Part shown: piece by piece, positions 38,683 to 53,400 of the stretch
How positions within the stretch are numbered: the first letter of the stretch is position 1
Layout of the letters: each line of letters starts with the position of its first letter
DNA from: Owenia fusiformis
Lineage: Eukaryota
Direction of reading: 5' to 3'
Length of the DNA: 64,000 nt
Assembly (NCBI GenBank): GCA_903813345.2
Contig: CAIIXF020000001.1
Location: forward strand, 45,446,001-45,510,000
The notes under the pieces: generated by a model
Told to the model about the DNA's origin: nothing
Database searches by the model: none
The model's input: the letters and a program-made list of their open reading frames with translations, nothing else
Program-made: the position numbers and the translations under genes

Positions 38683-40149
38683 TTGACACTTCTTTGGATG
38701 TTGCTATATTAAGGTCAATAAATGATTAAAGTTCAAATATCAATTGTCGCACTAATAAAATCTATTTTATGTTAACATGATATGCTTAGATTAAATATAT
38801 GTCGCCGCGCCACCACATATTGTCCTGGTCTCCAACTTTTTATGTGGACGGTGTTCGGCGTTCGGCGGTTTGTGTTCGGCGTCTGTGACAAATGGTGGTG
38901 ACACTTTGCATGCTCATGCCCTGTTCTCACTTTGTTGCGTTCAGCTAATTACCAGGCATCTTGAAAGAACATGACATCTTCTTTCCTATTTGATGCTGAG
39001 ATTATAGTACGATTGCAAAATGAAATATGATGGGTATCAGACTTGTTACCAGGTATTGCAGCCAATACACTGCCTGGTAAGCCACACCCTATCCATCTCG
39101 GTCTGTGATACACAGTGAGAGAGATGCTTTTGACATCAGAACGACAATGCACTGGTACAAACCAGACCTGTGTTTGTTGATATCATGTGTTTGCCCTGGG
39201 AAAGGTTTCTTTAGCAAACTGCTACTCTTAAAAACTGAGTTCTGTATTGGTTTGTATGCTGTCATTAATTTTAATGATGTATGATTACATACAATTAAAG
39301 TAGAAGTTGTTCCATAATGGAAACAATCGTTGATTATTTTTAGCAACCTATTATTCTTATTGTTAGAAATAAAATAAAGTGCACAATTTCAGCTAAAATG
39401 CTGAAGCCAATGATGTCATGATGCACCTTGATATCCCAAATAATACCGAATTATTGATTGGGTTTTCTTAACTGCTATGGAAATAAAGTGCTGCAAAACG
39501 TTGTGATTATGTGACAAGAAGACAAAACAATTATAGTCTACCTCATTACAGCTGTTTCTGAAGATCCAATCGGGGTCCAAATTCCTCGTGTCAAAAGTTG
39601 AACAACCATATGCGTTTCTATGTATTTCAATGTACTATAGGTTTTGTCTCATTTTTAGTTGGGTCACCTAATTTATGTAAACATGTATATATAAGTTCAT
39701 ATGTGTTTTCCCTCAACGATGTACTAGTCCTAGATGGCTCAGCTCTAGATGCGATACATTTCATGTCTGTAAATAAGTCTGCGTAGTTTTCGTTCACATT
39801 TTCATGTATTGGATTACATTCCCCAAATATAAATTTTTAAAGCGCTGAAATCACATCGTTATGCTATTCTTTGGATTCCAGTACATGCAGTTAATAGTAA
39901 ATATCTTTATCATTAATGTTCACTTATTCATAATCACTCAGCTGTATAGAGTCAGCTAAAGAGTACTTTAAAATGGGTGAAAGGAAGAGTCAAATGTCAC
40001 CAGCATTTGCTATAGAAATAATCAAATCACTGGCAATATACGAATGGGTTCTTTTCTTTACTGTGATACCAAAACACTGTATTATTCAGATGTTTTTAGG
40101 AGAAAAGTTGGGCTCTTGGCCCCTGCAAGTTGTTCAAACCTTCCATGTA

Positions 40150-40470
40150 ACCTTTTTGTAAAACATGCATATTGTTCTCCCTTCAGTTTTCGCGTGACAT
40201 GATGATATGAGGAATGTGATGTGATACGAGGAATACATGTCTCGTTGTTGAGGGTACCATTTCTTATAAATTTGAATGAACATTAGGATGAGAGAAATAT
40301 TTGAGATGGATGCTGGAGAATGTAATAGTGGTGTACTGCAAGGGTTTATCTTGGACACCAGTATGTTCTATCTACTATCTATCTACATTCATGATTTTAT
40401 GGATGGGTGTTCCAAAGGGTCAGTAAAGTTAGTCTTTATATTAGTACTGTATTGCATTTTTCTATAAATT
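40150..40470 (+). pseudogene. Highly decayed reverse transcriptase fragment
   Basis: ORF 40276-40467 contains SGVLQGFIL....F....YIHD, resembling the LINE RT motif SGVPQGSILGP.LF..YIND. Confidence 0.45.
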
Positions 40471-41319
40471 CTCCTGGGGGAACGACACTTATTACAGTAC
40501 ACAGTAAGCATATATTTCCACTGTAGTCTCAATCTTGGTTTTATGATATGTTGATGATAAAATCCTTACCTATAGACCTGACCATTGAAACGATGGCCTC
40601 GAAAAACGCAAAGGGTATTAAGATGCACTGTGAAAAAGACACATTAAGAAGCTTATAGTAGGAAAGAAAACCTATAATAGTGAAGAAAAAAAGTTTCCTG
40701 AAAGGGAATATGCACAATGACAAGAAGCTGTCAAGGTGTGTTTGTATGATTTAAGTCATTCCTCAACTGACAACACCGACACAGCGGTTAATGATTGATG
40801 CCAACGAGATGAAAAGGGTCACGCTAAGGTAAGACATTAACTATCGAATATATCTACGGATTACGTTTATGAAGGAATAACATAGCGATTAGGGATGAAT
40901 ATCTCTGAATACTTTATACGAATAAAAGGAAATTATGATTGTGGATGATTATATAATTATATAACTGTTGTACTTTACGGTGTGTAGACGGTAATTGTAT
41001 AAGATAACATAGACTAAGTGAAGACTTGACGATCAATGTACCATCGAGTCAAGGTATGAAACATGAAACGTATTGTTTTGGAACTTGATCGCTATTTTCA
41101 GCAAAAATCAGGAGCCCAAAAACTAAATACCTGTACGTGGACTATTATTCGTGTAGGTTAGAAAATAACGAATGAATCCATTTCATATGTGCACAAAACT
41201 TTATATAATGATGTTATATAATCATCTTGATATAACGCGTAGTGATACGAGTGATACGATAATATGAGACCGTTCATTAAATGTATTTAATTCATATCTA
41301 GCAATTTACTCACTTTAAG

Positions 41320-44300
41320 ATGGTGCCTCACATCATTCTGTTGTCCTTGACGTTAGTTGCTAGTCACGGACACGTGAAGCGGCAAACATCCCTTGAAGTC
41401 CAATATCATTCTTTGATAGAAGCAATGCCACTACACGCCTGTTTCAGTAAGTATCAGCGAAGCAAAGCTATGAAGGGCAACATTTGAGAAAACAGCACAC
41501 ATCATGTTCGTCTTTTTGTAAATTCTAGGTATTTGGAAAATTAAAATCATGAAAGCTATAAACTTTGGGAGTCCAAGATGTGACCATGACCAGTGACTTC
41601 ATGATAACGTAAGGTTCTTAGACCATGCCGTTTCAAACATTTACTTAAAAACTATTCTATACAATGGGTAGACTATTAAACATATTTTGAGGAACAAGTA
41701 TGAGGTTTCTAAGTGGAAACAAATGCAGATTAAATCCTTGTAGCAAGAAAACATATTGAAAAAACGCTAAATATAATAGAGCCTGTCTTAAATCATTAAC
41801 ACGTTTAACTACGCTAATTTGGTCGTTCACATCATCATGGAATTAATTTTACAGATTACTAGTTCTTTCATGTTCTATTATCGATATTACATTCGCAAAT
41901 GAAGTCACAGATACCATACTAAAATATAATCGAAAATGTAATCTCTGCCCAGCAAATATCTCATCCATGTGATTGACACATATGAGAGTCATAATATAAA
42001 ATCCTATTCAATTCGAATGGAAAATGAACATAATATGTGATTGCTAGGAATTGAATTTAAAATATGCTTCATCAAATAGTTGAGGCCTCATTCACATCCA
42101 TAACATTTCCAGAGTCTTTTCATTTGGTCTGATTTCGCTTTTTAAGAGAAAACTTCATAGTAGTACTACTAAGTCTATGGTCCTCACTGTTCGTTTATTC
42201 GTGTTCATACACGTTCATACAAAAGAGCACATGAATATCATCGACCTGAGATGTATGTCCAACGTTATACATTTAGGATGTCCATGGGTTCAGGGAAGTG
42301 ACTGTTGTAGATATATACCATACGGTAGTGAAGACCCGTCGAACGAAAAGGAACACTTCTGTCCTCCTGGACTTGGTTGGAACGTTGAAGTTTGTACCTG
42401 TGACTGGCCTGGGAATATAGAGACCGGCTGTGATACGAGTGCATGTATACCTAAGCCAGTAACTACTCCAGACCCAGGTGCACCAACAACTACAACGAAG
42501 AGGCCAAAATTGAAGGAATGTCCAGCATTGAAGGAAAGTACGCACGACACTTTTTGGCGTAAATAGGGAGTTTAAGCTTGCATATAAAATGGAAACGCCA
42601 ACCGTATGACCAATCACCCATGTATAAATGCATCGATTAAATATGTACCGTTCACCTTTAGGTTGTGAAAAACATTGCAAGCTTAAACTCCCTACTATCT
42701 TTGGAATGTGTATTTTGCATTTGACTTCGATTATAATGAGACAGCAACTGTACACCTACTGTATATATTTATGAGATTAATATATGGTCAGACATCGGTT
42801 GTTAAATGTGTATTCTCCTCAGGTTATTCTCCACCTTTCTTTTGCTTATTCGTATGCGTTTTTACAATTAAACAATTGCATTTTCAGATGAATGCTGTCT
42901 CCCAGATGTTGGACAATGGTTTACTAAGCTTAACGACACACATTACAGACTGAATGACGGTTACCCCCAAGGTTGCCCGGAAGGGATGCTTTTCAGTCAT
43001 ATCAGCTGTTGCTGTGAAGGTCAAGCCATAGGTACGTCATACCATTAACTATATACAGAAATATAGCATAGTGTAATTACATGTATATATTTGTGTACAC
43101 ATACAGAACTAGATAGTGTGTAGTATAAAATGTTTGTAATGGAACTACTGATTTTGCCTTACATTAGGATTATATTGGTATTGGGCGAATTGTAATTCAT
43201 TTATGATAATGTTATATTCAAAAGTAAAGTATTACCATAAATACCTTTGCAGTTCCCAATCCTTGCAAACATTGGACATTTGATCGAGTAGATGGAAATG
43301 AGTACATTGACTCATTACAGCAAACGTTTGGACAAAGTATCCAAGCGAGCATTGTAGAGGGACACACTACTTCGAATAAAGGTGTATTCTTGGAAGAAAA
43401 AGATCGAGTGTCTATCCCCTACTTTTCAGGAGCACATTTTGGAAAGAAGTTCAGTTTAGGTATATTTAGGCTATGTCTATTAAAATATTTCAACCGATGG
43501 ACCAGAGGTTTAATCTTGATTTCTCTCCTAAAGATGGCTACATAACGCAAAGATGGCTACATAGCGAAACTTCAAAATTAAGCATGAGGTAGTCTCTTTA
43601 TGTTTATATCCCTTATACACATATACCAGGGCTGTCAATGTCAGATATTTTTCACGATTGAAGGTCTCTGGGTGAAAAGCTCTTCTAGCAACATTGGCAG
43701 TGTTGTTGTAAGCAACGGAAACAAACTGACCAAAGAATCAGTTGCCTTGGTGATGGTTGGTAATACAATAGCTGGCGGAATAGCAACAGAGCTTGAAAAC
43801 CCACCTAATACTTATGACATGGCATTTTATGTAAGTCACTCATAATACACTCATAGTACTACATTTGTATAAATATTTGTATAAATAGAGAAAAATTCAA
43901 ATGATATATCCACCATTGCCAGCACACAACATCTATTGTAGCTTCTGCCTTCTATATTCAGAATCTTCGTGGAGATGGCTGGCATTTTGTTGCTCTAACA
44001 TATAGTGACCCAGAGTTGCGTATATACGTCGACCAACAACTGGCCCATACGTCCAGTCAAGGAGGTAAGTTATGTATCATTGTTGGTATCAAAGAGAAAA
44101 CTATAGATGATGATTAACAAACGATATCCATTAACCAGATTATCAATGTAATGTACTGATCTATTTTACTTTTCAGGCAACATACAGTCTAACTTGTGCC
44201 AGTTGAATATTGGCGGAGTACAGTCACCAAGCATCAATGTCGACGAGGTAAAATAACCGTGTACACGGTTGTGTTTACATCATTCAGTATAAGTCGTTTT

Positions 44301-44684
44301 GATGACATTAACACAATACAGAATAAAACAGATTATTTTATGAAAAATGGTGACCTTGTCCTACGGATATTGAGATTATGTTTCACAGCAAGTTCAGATG
44401 GCGATACTGCATAGCACATGCTCAAGAGGTCGTGTATTTCAAAATCGAATTACTATGATTTTTGAAATGATGCTTATTCCGTCAATCATATGAACTCTAC
44501 AGATCAATGTCAAGTATAATTCAATGAAGATTCGTCATATCAGATGTGATTTCAAAATCAATGACATTCTCATTTGATATGTTTTCAGTTGGCAATTTGT
44601 GAGTTTACCTGGGATGCGTCTGACGTAGTAAACTTCAGAGACAATTCAATAATTCCTCAACTTGTACAACCCATTGGAAAATAA
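41320..44684 (+). CDS. Secreted chitin-binding-like (2x Cys-rich) + LamG/ConA-like protein, paralog A (Pif/LamG3-like), about 391 aa
   Basis: Exons: 41320-41446 (signal peptide, KRQ), 42277-42537 (CPPGLGWNVEVCTCDWP, Thr/Pro linker), 42888-43031 (CPEGMLF..SCCC), 43253-43459, 43664-43830 (FSLGLWVK..VVSNG), 43962-44064 (DGWHFVALTY..LRIYVD), 44177-44247 (CQLNIGG..VDE), 44589-44684 (LAIC..stop). All are in phase. Confidence 0.88.
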
Positions 44685-45408
44685 ACTAGCGACCAACATT
44701 GTGTAAACCTTTTGCCTTGAACAGTTCATATGGAGATCAAATACAAACAACGAATAATTGTAAATATTATTTAAGGACTAGCTGATCCTAGTTATCTACT
44801 GCATACACATTGTAGTAATCTTCGCATCGACATCATTTGTGAAACTGGAGAAGGCAACTGAGTCATTAGAAACATAATCAATTTTACATTTGACAGTAAT
44901 TGTTTGGAAAAGTTACAAAATATTTGTTACAAACAAAAATAATGGAACTTTTAATTCACTTGAATCAAATATAGAATGGGATAAAAATAATAGAAAATCA
45001 CGGAAATTTACCTTTATTCATTTTTATTGCAATTTTTCAAACAATGTATTTAAGAGTTTATATAAGACATTTGAAGAAGAGTATACTCTCATATAACATT
45101 GTCATTAGCTGATTGATGACGATTGCTTACACGATGGTAATAAGATGAAGACATTATGGTAAGATTTGACACATTTAACTCAAAAATGGATCCATAAGAG
45201 TTGATTTTAAGAAAACTAAAAATTAAATATGGATATATATGGAAAAGGCAGCTCAAGACAAGATTAGTAGATTTTCTTATTGATGAATACTCATAAATAA
45301 TGTTTAGAAATCACGATGATGTTATGGTAGCATAAAACGAGAAACTTGTGGCACAAAATTACTGTAACTTTCCCATTACATATTACTAACTGTACTATCA
45401 TATTATAG

Positions 45409-48400
45409 ATGGTGATATTAATATCAATACTGGTGATGGTTTTGATTGGGTTGGGTGATGGGCTTGAGAAAAGACAAGCTCCCCAAAATCTGTTTGCACT
45501 CCAATATCGAGGACTCATTGAGAATATGGAGCCAAAAGCTTGTTTTGGTAAGTATCATAGATTCGCTGTTTTTGTCATTTAGTCAATTTCTCACTCTTGA
45601 CAAGATGTATTAGGGAGCTGATACTCTGAGAAATGGAACAATACTATGCCTCTTGTGTAGCATTCATTCAGGACAACATAGTTGTTCGATTCCCAATGGC
45701 CAACCTATGCATTAAACATTCTTCATTTTTTGTAGAATGTCCATGGATTCCAGGAAAAGATTGTTGTCATTTTGTTCCCCTGGGAAGTGTGGACCCCGAG
45801 AAGGAAGAAAGACAGTGTCCCCCTGGTCTAGGATGGAACCAGGAAACATGTAACTGTGATTGGCCATCCCTCATAAAGCCAAAGGGGATATGCGAACCAC
45901 TTTATACATGTAACATTAACGTGACGACAGTCAACCCAGGAACAACGGCTGTTGCACCGACATGTCCCCCACTCTTTGAAAGTAAGAAAAGGAAATATAA
46001 AGTGAAGTGACCGAAGAGTCTTTGGACAGATATTTTGTGTAAATGAAATGAGCATGCGTTAATTCTAACACTTTTTGGCTATACCTTACAAATGATAATA
46101 ATGCACCAAGCCTCTGCCCCCGTCCCCTTCTCTCTAATACAGGATAAAGAGAGGATGGATTGCATGGAGCTTGACCAAGATGAAAATGTATCACTGGTAT
46201 TTCAGATGAGTGTTGTATACCAGAGACTGCAACGTGGTATTCAAAGATAAACGACACGCACTATAGAGTAAATGGTAGTTACCCACAGGGCTGTCCTGAA
46301 GGGATGAATTTTGATGACATAAGTTGCTGTTGCTTAGGATATACAATTGGTATGTATAAAGTAAAGAACAAAGTCCCAGGCGTTAGTAAGTACTATGCTA
46401 AACTATTGTTGAAGTAAATATTTTAAAAGATATATCGGCCCTTTCCATAAGATAACAATGGCGTCGAAGATGCAACGTAAATACATGTACATGGAGACGA
46501 TGAGAGTGATAGCAACAAAAATGATGAAAACAAGGGTGATGAAGAGAAAGAGTTGTTTTGTTTATTTTCAGTTCCCGATCCGTGTAAGCTTTGGTCGTTT
46601 GACAGGGAAGCAGGCAACGAATTCACTGACTCGATCCAACAGACATTTGGCCAAAATGTCCGCTCTACCATAAGTGATGGACATCTTGGAACAGATAAAG
46701 GGGTCTTCTTTCAGAACCAAGAGCGGATCTCTATACCATATTTTGCTGGGGCATACTTTGGAAAATGGTTCAGTTTGGGTAGGAAACGTTCTCATGTTTC
46801 CAATCATTCCTTAAGTAGTCAACGATTGCATAACGATTGACCAAGATACTATTTTTGCCAGAAATATATCAGATATTTCATAGGATATGACATCATTATA
46901 TTAAATATTGTATATCATTTACTAAAGCAAGTGAGAATAACCCAGTGAAATTGTTGTTTATTAGGTCTTTGGGTTAAGAGCTCATCCAATAACTTCGGGA
47001 CAGTTGTGTTAAGTAATGGCAACAGAGAGGTCAAGGAAACAATCGCTCTAGTTATGGTTGGTAACAGTATAGCAGGAGGTGTAGCAACTGCGAAGGAAGA
47101 CCCTCCTAATACATTGGATATGCCACTTACGGTAAATATAAATGATCAAATGAATATATCAATGTTCAATAAGTTTGGTTTCATTGGTGATACGTTGAAG
47201 ACGTTTTATTTTTTATCAAAACATAATGCTGGAATTAGAATATTTGGAAAAATATCCAAAAAGAAGAATACCTCAGTTTTGTCAGTCCTTATGAAATTGA
47301 ATCATAGTATCATACTTCGAGTTTATTGCATTACTTTGTTTCTGGTCTAAAAGCACAACATTTATACTTTTGGTATTCGAATCAGATTTATAGCAAAACA
47401 AAATAACTTTAACCGGGAAAACAAGAACAACGACACTGCTAACTCTACGATACATTTATATTACTACTAGGCTATGGGAGATGACGGGTGGCATTTTGTG
47501 GCAATGACATACGATGACCCCATACTCTCTGTATACATTGACAATAACCCACCACTTGTATTTGAGCAGGAAGGGGGTAAGCATATGAATTCTTGTTCAC
47601 ATTTCTTCAATATTCGAATGTACTCTGAAATCAATTATAATATATGAAACTTTTTCAGAAACAATAACGAATGGTTTGCAATATATTTAATATCTTATGG
47701 AGTAATCAGTCAGAATCTTCAATCCTTTGTTCAATTCTTGTTTTTCAACGTGAACGTGAAAATGGAATGGATTCTACTATACACTGTATAAAGCAATATT
47801 GCATGAATCACACCGTACCTTTAATTGAAGAAGAAGATGATGATGATCAATTCGTTATACACATATATATGTTTGCTTGAGTGTTGAGCTATTTACACGT
47901 TCTGAGACATGTTCTGTTTGTTTTAAAATAGGGGGGATACTTTCCAACTTTTGCCAGTTGAATCTTGGTGGAGTTCAGTTTCCAAATTTCAGCATGGATG
48001 AGGTAAGTCTGTTTCACAATTATGAAAAAGTAAAAACTGATTACTTCTTTGAATAGATAAGACTACATGAAATCCATGAGAATGAAATGGCTTCTTTTTG
48101 GTCTGAATTTGGGCTATTTTGGATAGCTTTGAAGGAGGTCTTGACTTTTCGGAACTTTCTTTGGAAATGCTAGAGTATCGGGTTACTGCATATATATTTA
48201 AAAAATACATAAAATCCATTGCATTTAAATTATATGGGAAATATTTGTAATCCTCAATACTGAGGGAATAATTGAAATACAATTCAATGCAATTCAATGC
48301 AATACCATGCAATGCAATTACAATAAAATAGATAAGCACACACTAATCAAGGGAAAGATCAATACCCGGTGATTTCAGCGGGAAGTGGCGTTTCGTTCAT

Positions 48401-49782
48401 TGGATGAGCTGCGCGCGCACGCATAAATGTGATTATCCAATATAATTAGGGGAGGGCTATTTGAAGTAGTTTTTGGTCTCAGGCGCGACCCAGGGCTGTT
48501 GTCTTAAGGACATTTCGTTGAAAATGAGCCATTCGGCTGATAATTGGTAAGAGTTTGCGATCTTATAATGTATAACTGTTACTCAGACACATATTTTGAC
48601 ACGATTCTGTTGGAAATAAGCTTTGAACCGAGAGATATTCACGATTGATATGCACATTTTTGATTGTGCCATTGCTTTTCTATTGCACAACCCATGTATT
48701 GATAGAAGAAACATTAATAATACAGATTGGTTTACCTTCAATACATGGCAGACACTACATATCGGTCTATTAATACCAGTTTGTGCCTTAAATAGTTTTA
48801 TATTTCCATCCACGGCCTGGAGCCTGGGTGTGTTTGTCTCTTATGTGTATGCTTGTGCATGGACTTCTAATCACTAGCAGAATTTAACATGATGCAAACT
48901 CGACATTATAACTCATGCTGTAACATTTTGACTTCGCTGGAAAACAATAGGAATTATTTTTCTTGCCAATCAATCATGAATCACAATCAGAATTTCAGAA
49001 TGATCAATCAGGCAATGATCCAAATCAAGTTATAACATTATATGATATTCAGCAAGAAGTCCGGTAGAAATACAGAATATTTAAACATCAAAGCTGAAAG
49101 TTAAAAGCTAATCTGTCAATTTTCTGTCTGCAAAAGAGCGTCCCAAGAGCGTTTACATTTGACACAATAACAGACTGAGACCTTGAAATCTAGGATTCCC
49201 CAGGAAAATATGACGTCATACTAATTAGCATAAGGATTTCCCTATTGGGGTGGGTCGAGCCTTGTTCGAAAACACAATCCATAAATACATGCTAATTTCT
49301 AAGGAGATAGGAAGTGTATAACGTGTTTATCGATTTTGTTTAAAGATTTAATCAATTATCAAATTGTTTAAGTGGATAAAGTGGTCACACTTGCTTCAAT
49401 TCATAGCGAAATCGACGGATAGAAACTGACCGAATTCCCGATATCCTACCCCGTATTACTGTAGGCTATAAGCACAGTGACCTACAGAGGGCGCTATCAC
49501 AAACAAGTACTGGACGAACCGATAAATTCCCGGGTATTGTAACGCCCTTGCACTAATCGTATACTACTATAACTTTAATCTTTGTTGATGGGAATTTCAT
49601 ATTGTAGGTAGTGCCATCTATTTTATCGAATTTAGTTTATACTGATTTACTCGAAGCTTGTCATGAATGACTTTAAAACTTCATTTTAGCTTTGTATCTG
49701 CGAGTTTACATGGAATGCAACGGACGTGGCAGAGTTCAGAGACAATAAAGCTGTACCCAAACTTTATCAACCATCTACATAA
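45409..49782 (+). CDS. Secreted chitin-binding-like + LamG/ConA-like protein, paralog B, about 390 aa
   Basis: Exons 45409-45547, 45736-45981, 46206-46349, 46572-46778, 46965-47131, 47471-47576, 47932-48002, 49690-49782. Intron positions and phases match paralog A, and the same motifs recur (CPPGLGWNQETCNCDWP, GWHFVAMTY). Confidence 0.88.
48360..49539. mobile_element. Probable DNA-transposon-derived insertion in the last intron of paralog B
   Basis: Imperfect terminal inverted repeat CAATACCCGG..ATTT..CGG / CCGATAAATTCCCGGGTATTG. The equivalent intron in paralog A is only about 340 bp. No TSD was seen. Confidence 0.4.
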
Positions 49783-50493
49783 TATTGTAAAATGTGTTAT
49801 TTCTTGCACTTGATTGTACTTGACTCTCCCTTTGCTGGAACCTCTGAGAGAAGGACTATAAAAAAAGTTCAAATGAATAACCTATGTTGCGAATGGACGT
49901 TGTTGTTGTTGCATATTGTTGTGGCACAAATCTTGTAATATTGATCTTGTAATGTTCGGGCCTATATTGAAAAATATTCAATTATTGAAATATGTGCACT
50001 GTTGCATAATTATTTCTGTCTGGTCAATTGTATCTATAGGATTTAGAAAAAAAATGGTAATGAAACTAGAATCTACATTGCTGTTAATGTCATTTCACCA
50101 CAAATATAAATGTTGCCTACGCTGCCCAGGGGGAAATTTTATCGACACTGTGACAAACAGAATTTTTAAATCGATTATTAACCGATATTAGAGTAAGTAA
50201 AACTTAATTTTATATTCAATTTCGTTAATTTGTCGATTAATTATAAAATGTATGACTTGGTTGGGACTTATTATATCCACGTAACCATTTGATTGAGTAT
50301 TTGAAGTATATAGGTTTACCCATTACGGAGCCGCCATCTTGAAAATAAATCCATCAAATTTTAAATGTTCAGTTTTATAGCTGTTAACAAGTATAGTTTA
50401 AATTTTTGAGTTCATTTTGTATGTGAATGGAGAAGAATAAAATGAAATACATGAACAGTATGGTATTCAATGGACTATATCATTTAGGCAGAT

Positions 50494-53400
50494 ATGTTAC
50501 GGGGTTGGATACTGTGCCTCTTGGTAGCATTCGCCTATACAGAGGATGAGCATAATATCAGAAAGCGACAAGCCCCTGGTAAGAGGCGTAATCTTTTAAA
50601 TATAAAGTTCTATGAATAATATAAATGTAAAATGATATCAATATATATCAATCCATGCTGACCTAAAACATAGAGATAAACGTTTCTTAGATAATCTATT
50701 TGTTTATTTACAACATCTTAGATTTTGCCATAAGATTTGAATTGCTAAACAAGGTGTATTGTTTTAACCACATGAGGAAAAAGGTTATTTAAGCTTTGAT
50801 TTACAAGTATTTTATTTTTATATTTTCAGACTTTATAGATTTTGTCTATAATATCTTAGATGGAATGCCACTTTCATCCTGTTTCCGTAAGTACATCTTG
50901 CTGAAATATTATCCTCTCTGTATTTTAATTGTAACTCAATCTTAAAGAGACATTTGTTGATTGCTGACGGTGCATTCATCGCGGAAATCTCGTTTGTAGA
51001 AGTTAACTATGAGTCACACAAATGCATTTAATAAATATGTAATAAACACAATTTGAAATTATATTTTATTTGAAATTTGTTCATTTACTGTAAATATATT
51101 ACATATACTGTGGTAACTACCTGTCACCTACGTGCATTCTCTCCTTAGTGAACACATGACAATTACTTGTATTAAGGTAAATGTTATTTGATATGGAATT
51201 GACACCATCGTTCATGCCATAAAGGTCAGAGACTTAGTGTGTGGATAGAGAGATATAGCATGTCAAGCGCTCACTCACTTTGATTAGAGTCAAGTAATTT
51301 AGAATATGGCCATCTCAAATTATCGCTCTGCAAATAATTGAAAAAAGGTCATCAGGCGGACATCTACCATATTGTTTTGTAGAATGCCCTTGGATTCAGT
51401 CAACAATAGACTGTTGCCACTTTCTTCCCCTTGGAGGACCTGAGTGGCAAACAACACGTTGTTCTCCCGGCCTCGCCTGGAATCCCGATGTCTGTAACTG
51501 CGACTACCCAGAGAACGTTCCATTATGCAACCCAGGAAGGGACTGCATCTCTCTTCAAGAACCAGGGGGTAGTGAGATAGTTCTACATATGTGTCAATCA
51601 AAGAAAAGAAAAATCAACAGAACAGTATTGCCCATGTTATAATTGCTTTCCGTCTGTTCTAATAATACATGTAGAATACTATTATACATGATAGGAATGT
51701 TAACACAAATTACTTTTAAAACACAAATCAGCTTTTCATTTCAAAGGTTACTGTTTTTAATTGTATACTTCCATTTTCACTGCAGTTTCAGTTAAGTTTT
51801 ATAATTTTGAAATTTCGAATGCAATCGAGCATAATGATCTTTTATTTCTCTAGTACCCCTACAAACGCCCACACCTGCGCCGTCATGCCCCTTAAATCTC
51901 GCAGAGGGTAAGTTCACATTATTTGACATTTTGAGATAAAATCGGTGGTCATTATAGAAGCATTTTATTTAATTTAAAAGTGGCCGTATAAAACCGAAAG
52001 GCAGCATGAGAAGACGCTCCTCAATAAAAAAAATTATAAATGTATTTGAGGTCCAACTTTTCTGGGCTACCAAAGTATTCTGACTTATGCCCAATTATGG
52101 CGACCCAAGTACTCTGAGTCCACTTGAAAATTCACAAGGGAGAGTGACAAAACGTGTTTTAAGGAATGTTGGCCCCTTTTCTTTTTGAAAATATGGGCCC
52201 ATTTTTCAAAATTTTAACCATTTTTTCTGAACGTATATCGGGTGGTGTCCCCATCAGTACTGATTCATTTTTATTGAAAGTTTCTATAAAAGTAGCCTAA
52301 GGGTATCATTGCCAAGTTGTACGAATATTAAAGAGATCGGTTACATAGTGGGCCCCCCATAGTTTGTAAGAAATGACTTATTCAAAAATGCATGTCAAAA
52401 AAACAATATCAATGGAATTAAAATTAAATTGCCTCTTATTTCAGTGTAAAAAAAGCTGTTTTAGCAAGCACAAATGCTTAGCATATCTTTCCATCGATAT
52501 CAAGTCAAATCATCGTGAGACCTACACATCTACCTTCGGTCCCCAGTTAGATATGCATATCTCCCTCGGGGTAAGCCTGGTGTGAAAGAAATTATGGTCC
52601 CCCAGGGATTATGGTCCCCTTTCTAAACGGCCCTTACTGGCCCTGATTGTGTATACGATAATAAGGGAAAGAGGTCAACAGAAAAAATGAAGAGTAGGAC
52701 CATCGTTTCATAGGACCCCCTACCATTTTACACCTGAATGCTTTGGTCAACTCAGAATACTTCGGCGAGAGTTGAAGAACTTGGGTAGCCCAGAACACTT
52801 GTAGCTTGACAGATGTATGCCTCCACAAACTTTATTTACTTCCCAATGAAATATCAATTTGTTCATTTAGATGAATGTTGTCTGCCGAGAGTTGGTCAGT
52901 TCTACAAAAAGATTAATCTTACTCACTACCGGATAAACAATGGTCTGATTCAGGGTTGCCCTCCTGGGCAGGAGTTTAGTGAATTTGACTGTTGTTGTGA
53001 GGGACACGCAGTTCGTAAGTAAGCTTCATATACCATAAAGGAAAAACTGAAATCAAAAACAAAAGATCAGCATTCAAATTTATTCAAAGTTAAGATTCAA
53101 TTAACCATTTGGTATGGTGCTTTGAAATCTCCCCGAAGTCTCATTACTTTCCACTAAGGATTCACATTTTTACTATTTGTGACATATTTGAATTCTGTTT
53201 CTAGAAGAACTTTGATTCGCACATGCATTTCATTTTATTCAATGTCTATTTTAAAATATTCGATGAAGAATGGAAAATCCATGTATGCAGATTCGAGTAT
53301 GATACCTCTTTGACTACATTTTGAATATATCTAATGACGAAAATCAAGATCATTTCTTTTTTTAGCATCTAGTCTATTTGGATCCCGTTTCTCGGGTCTA

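Noticed and set aside
38949..39700. Possible minus-strand LINE endonuclease remnant
   Set aside because: The resemblance is too weak to call without a profile search.
42273..42755. Minus-strand ORFs here and at 54337-54597, 57918-58304 and 5454-5699
   Set aside because: They are antisense shadows of real exons or ORFs and carry no motifs of their own.
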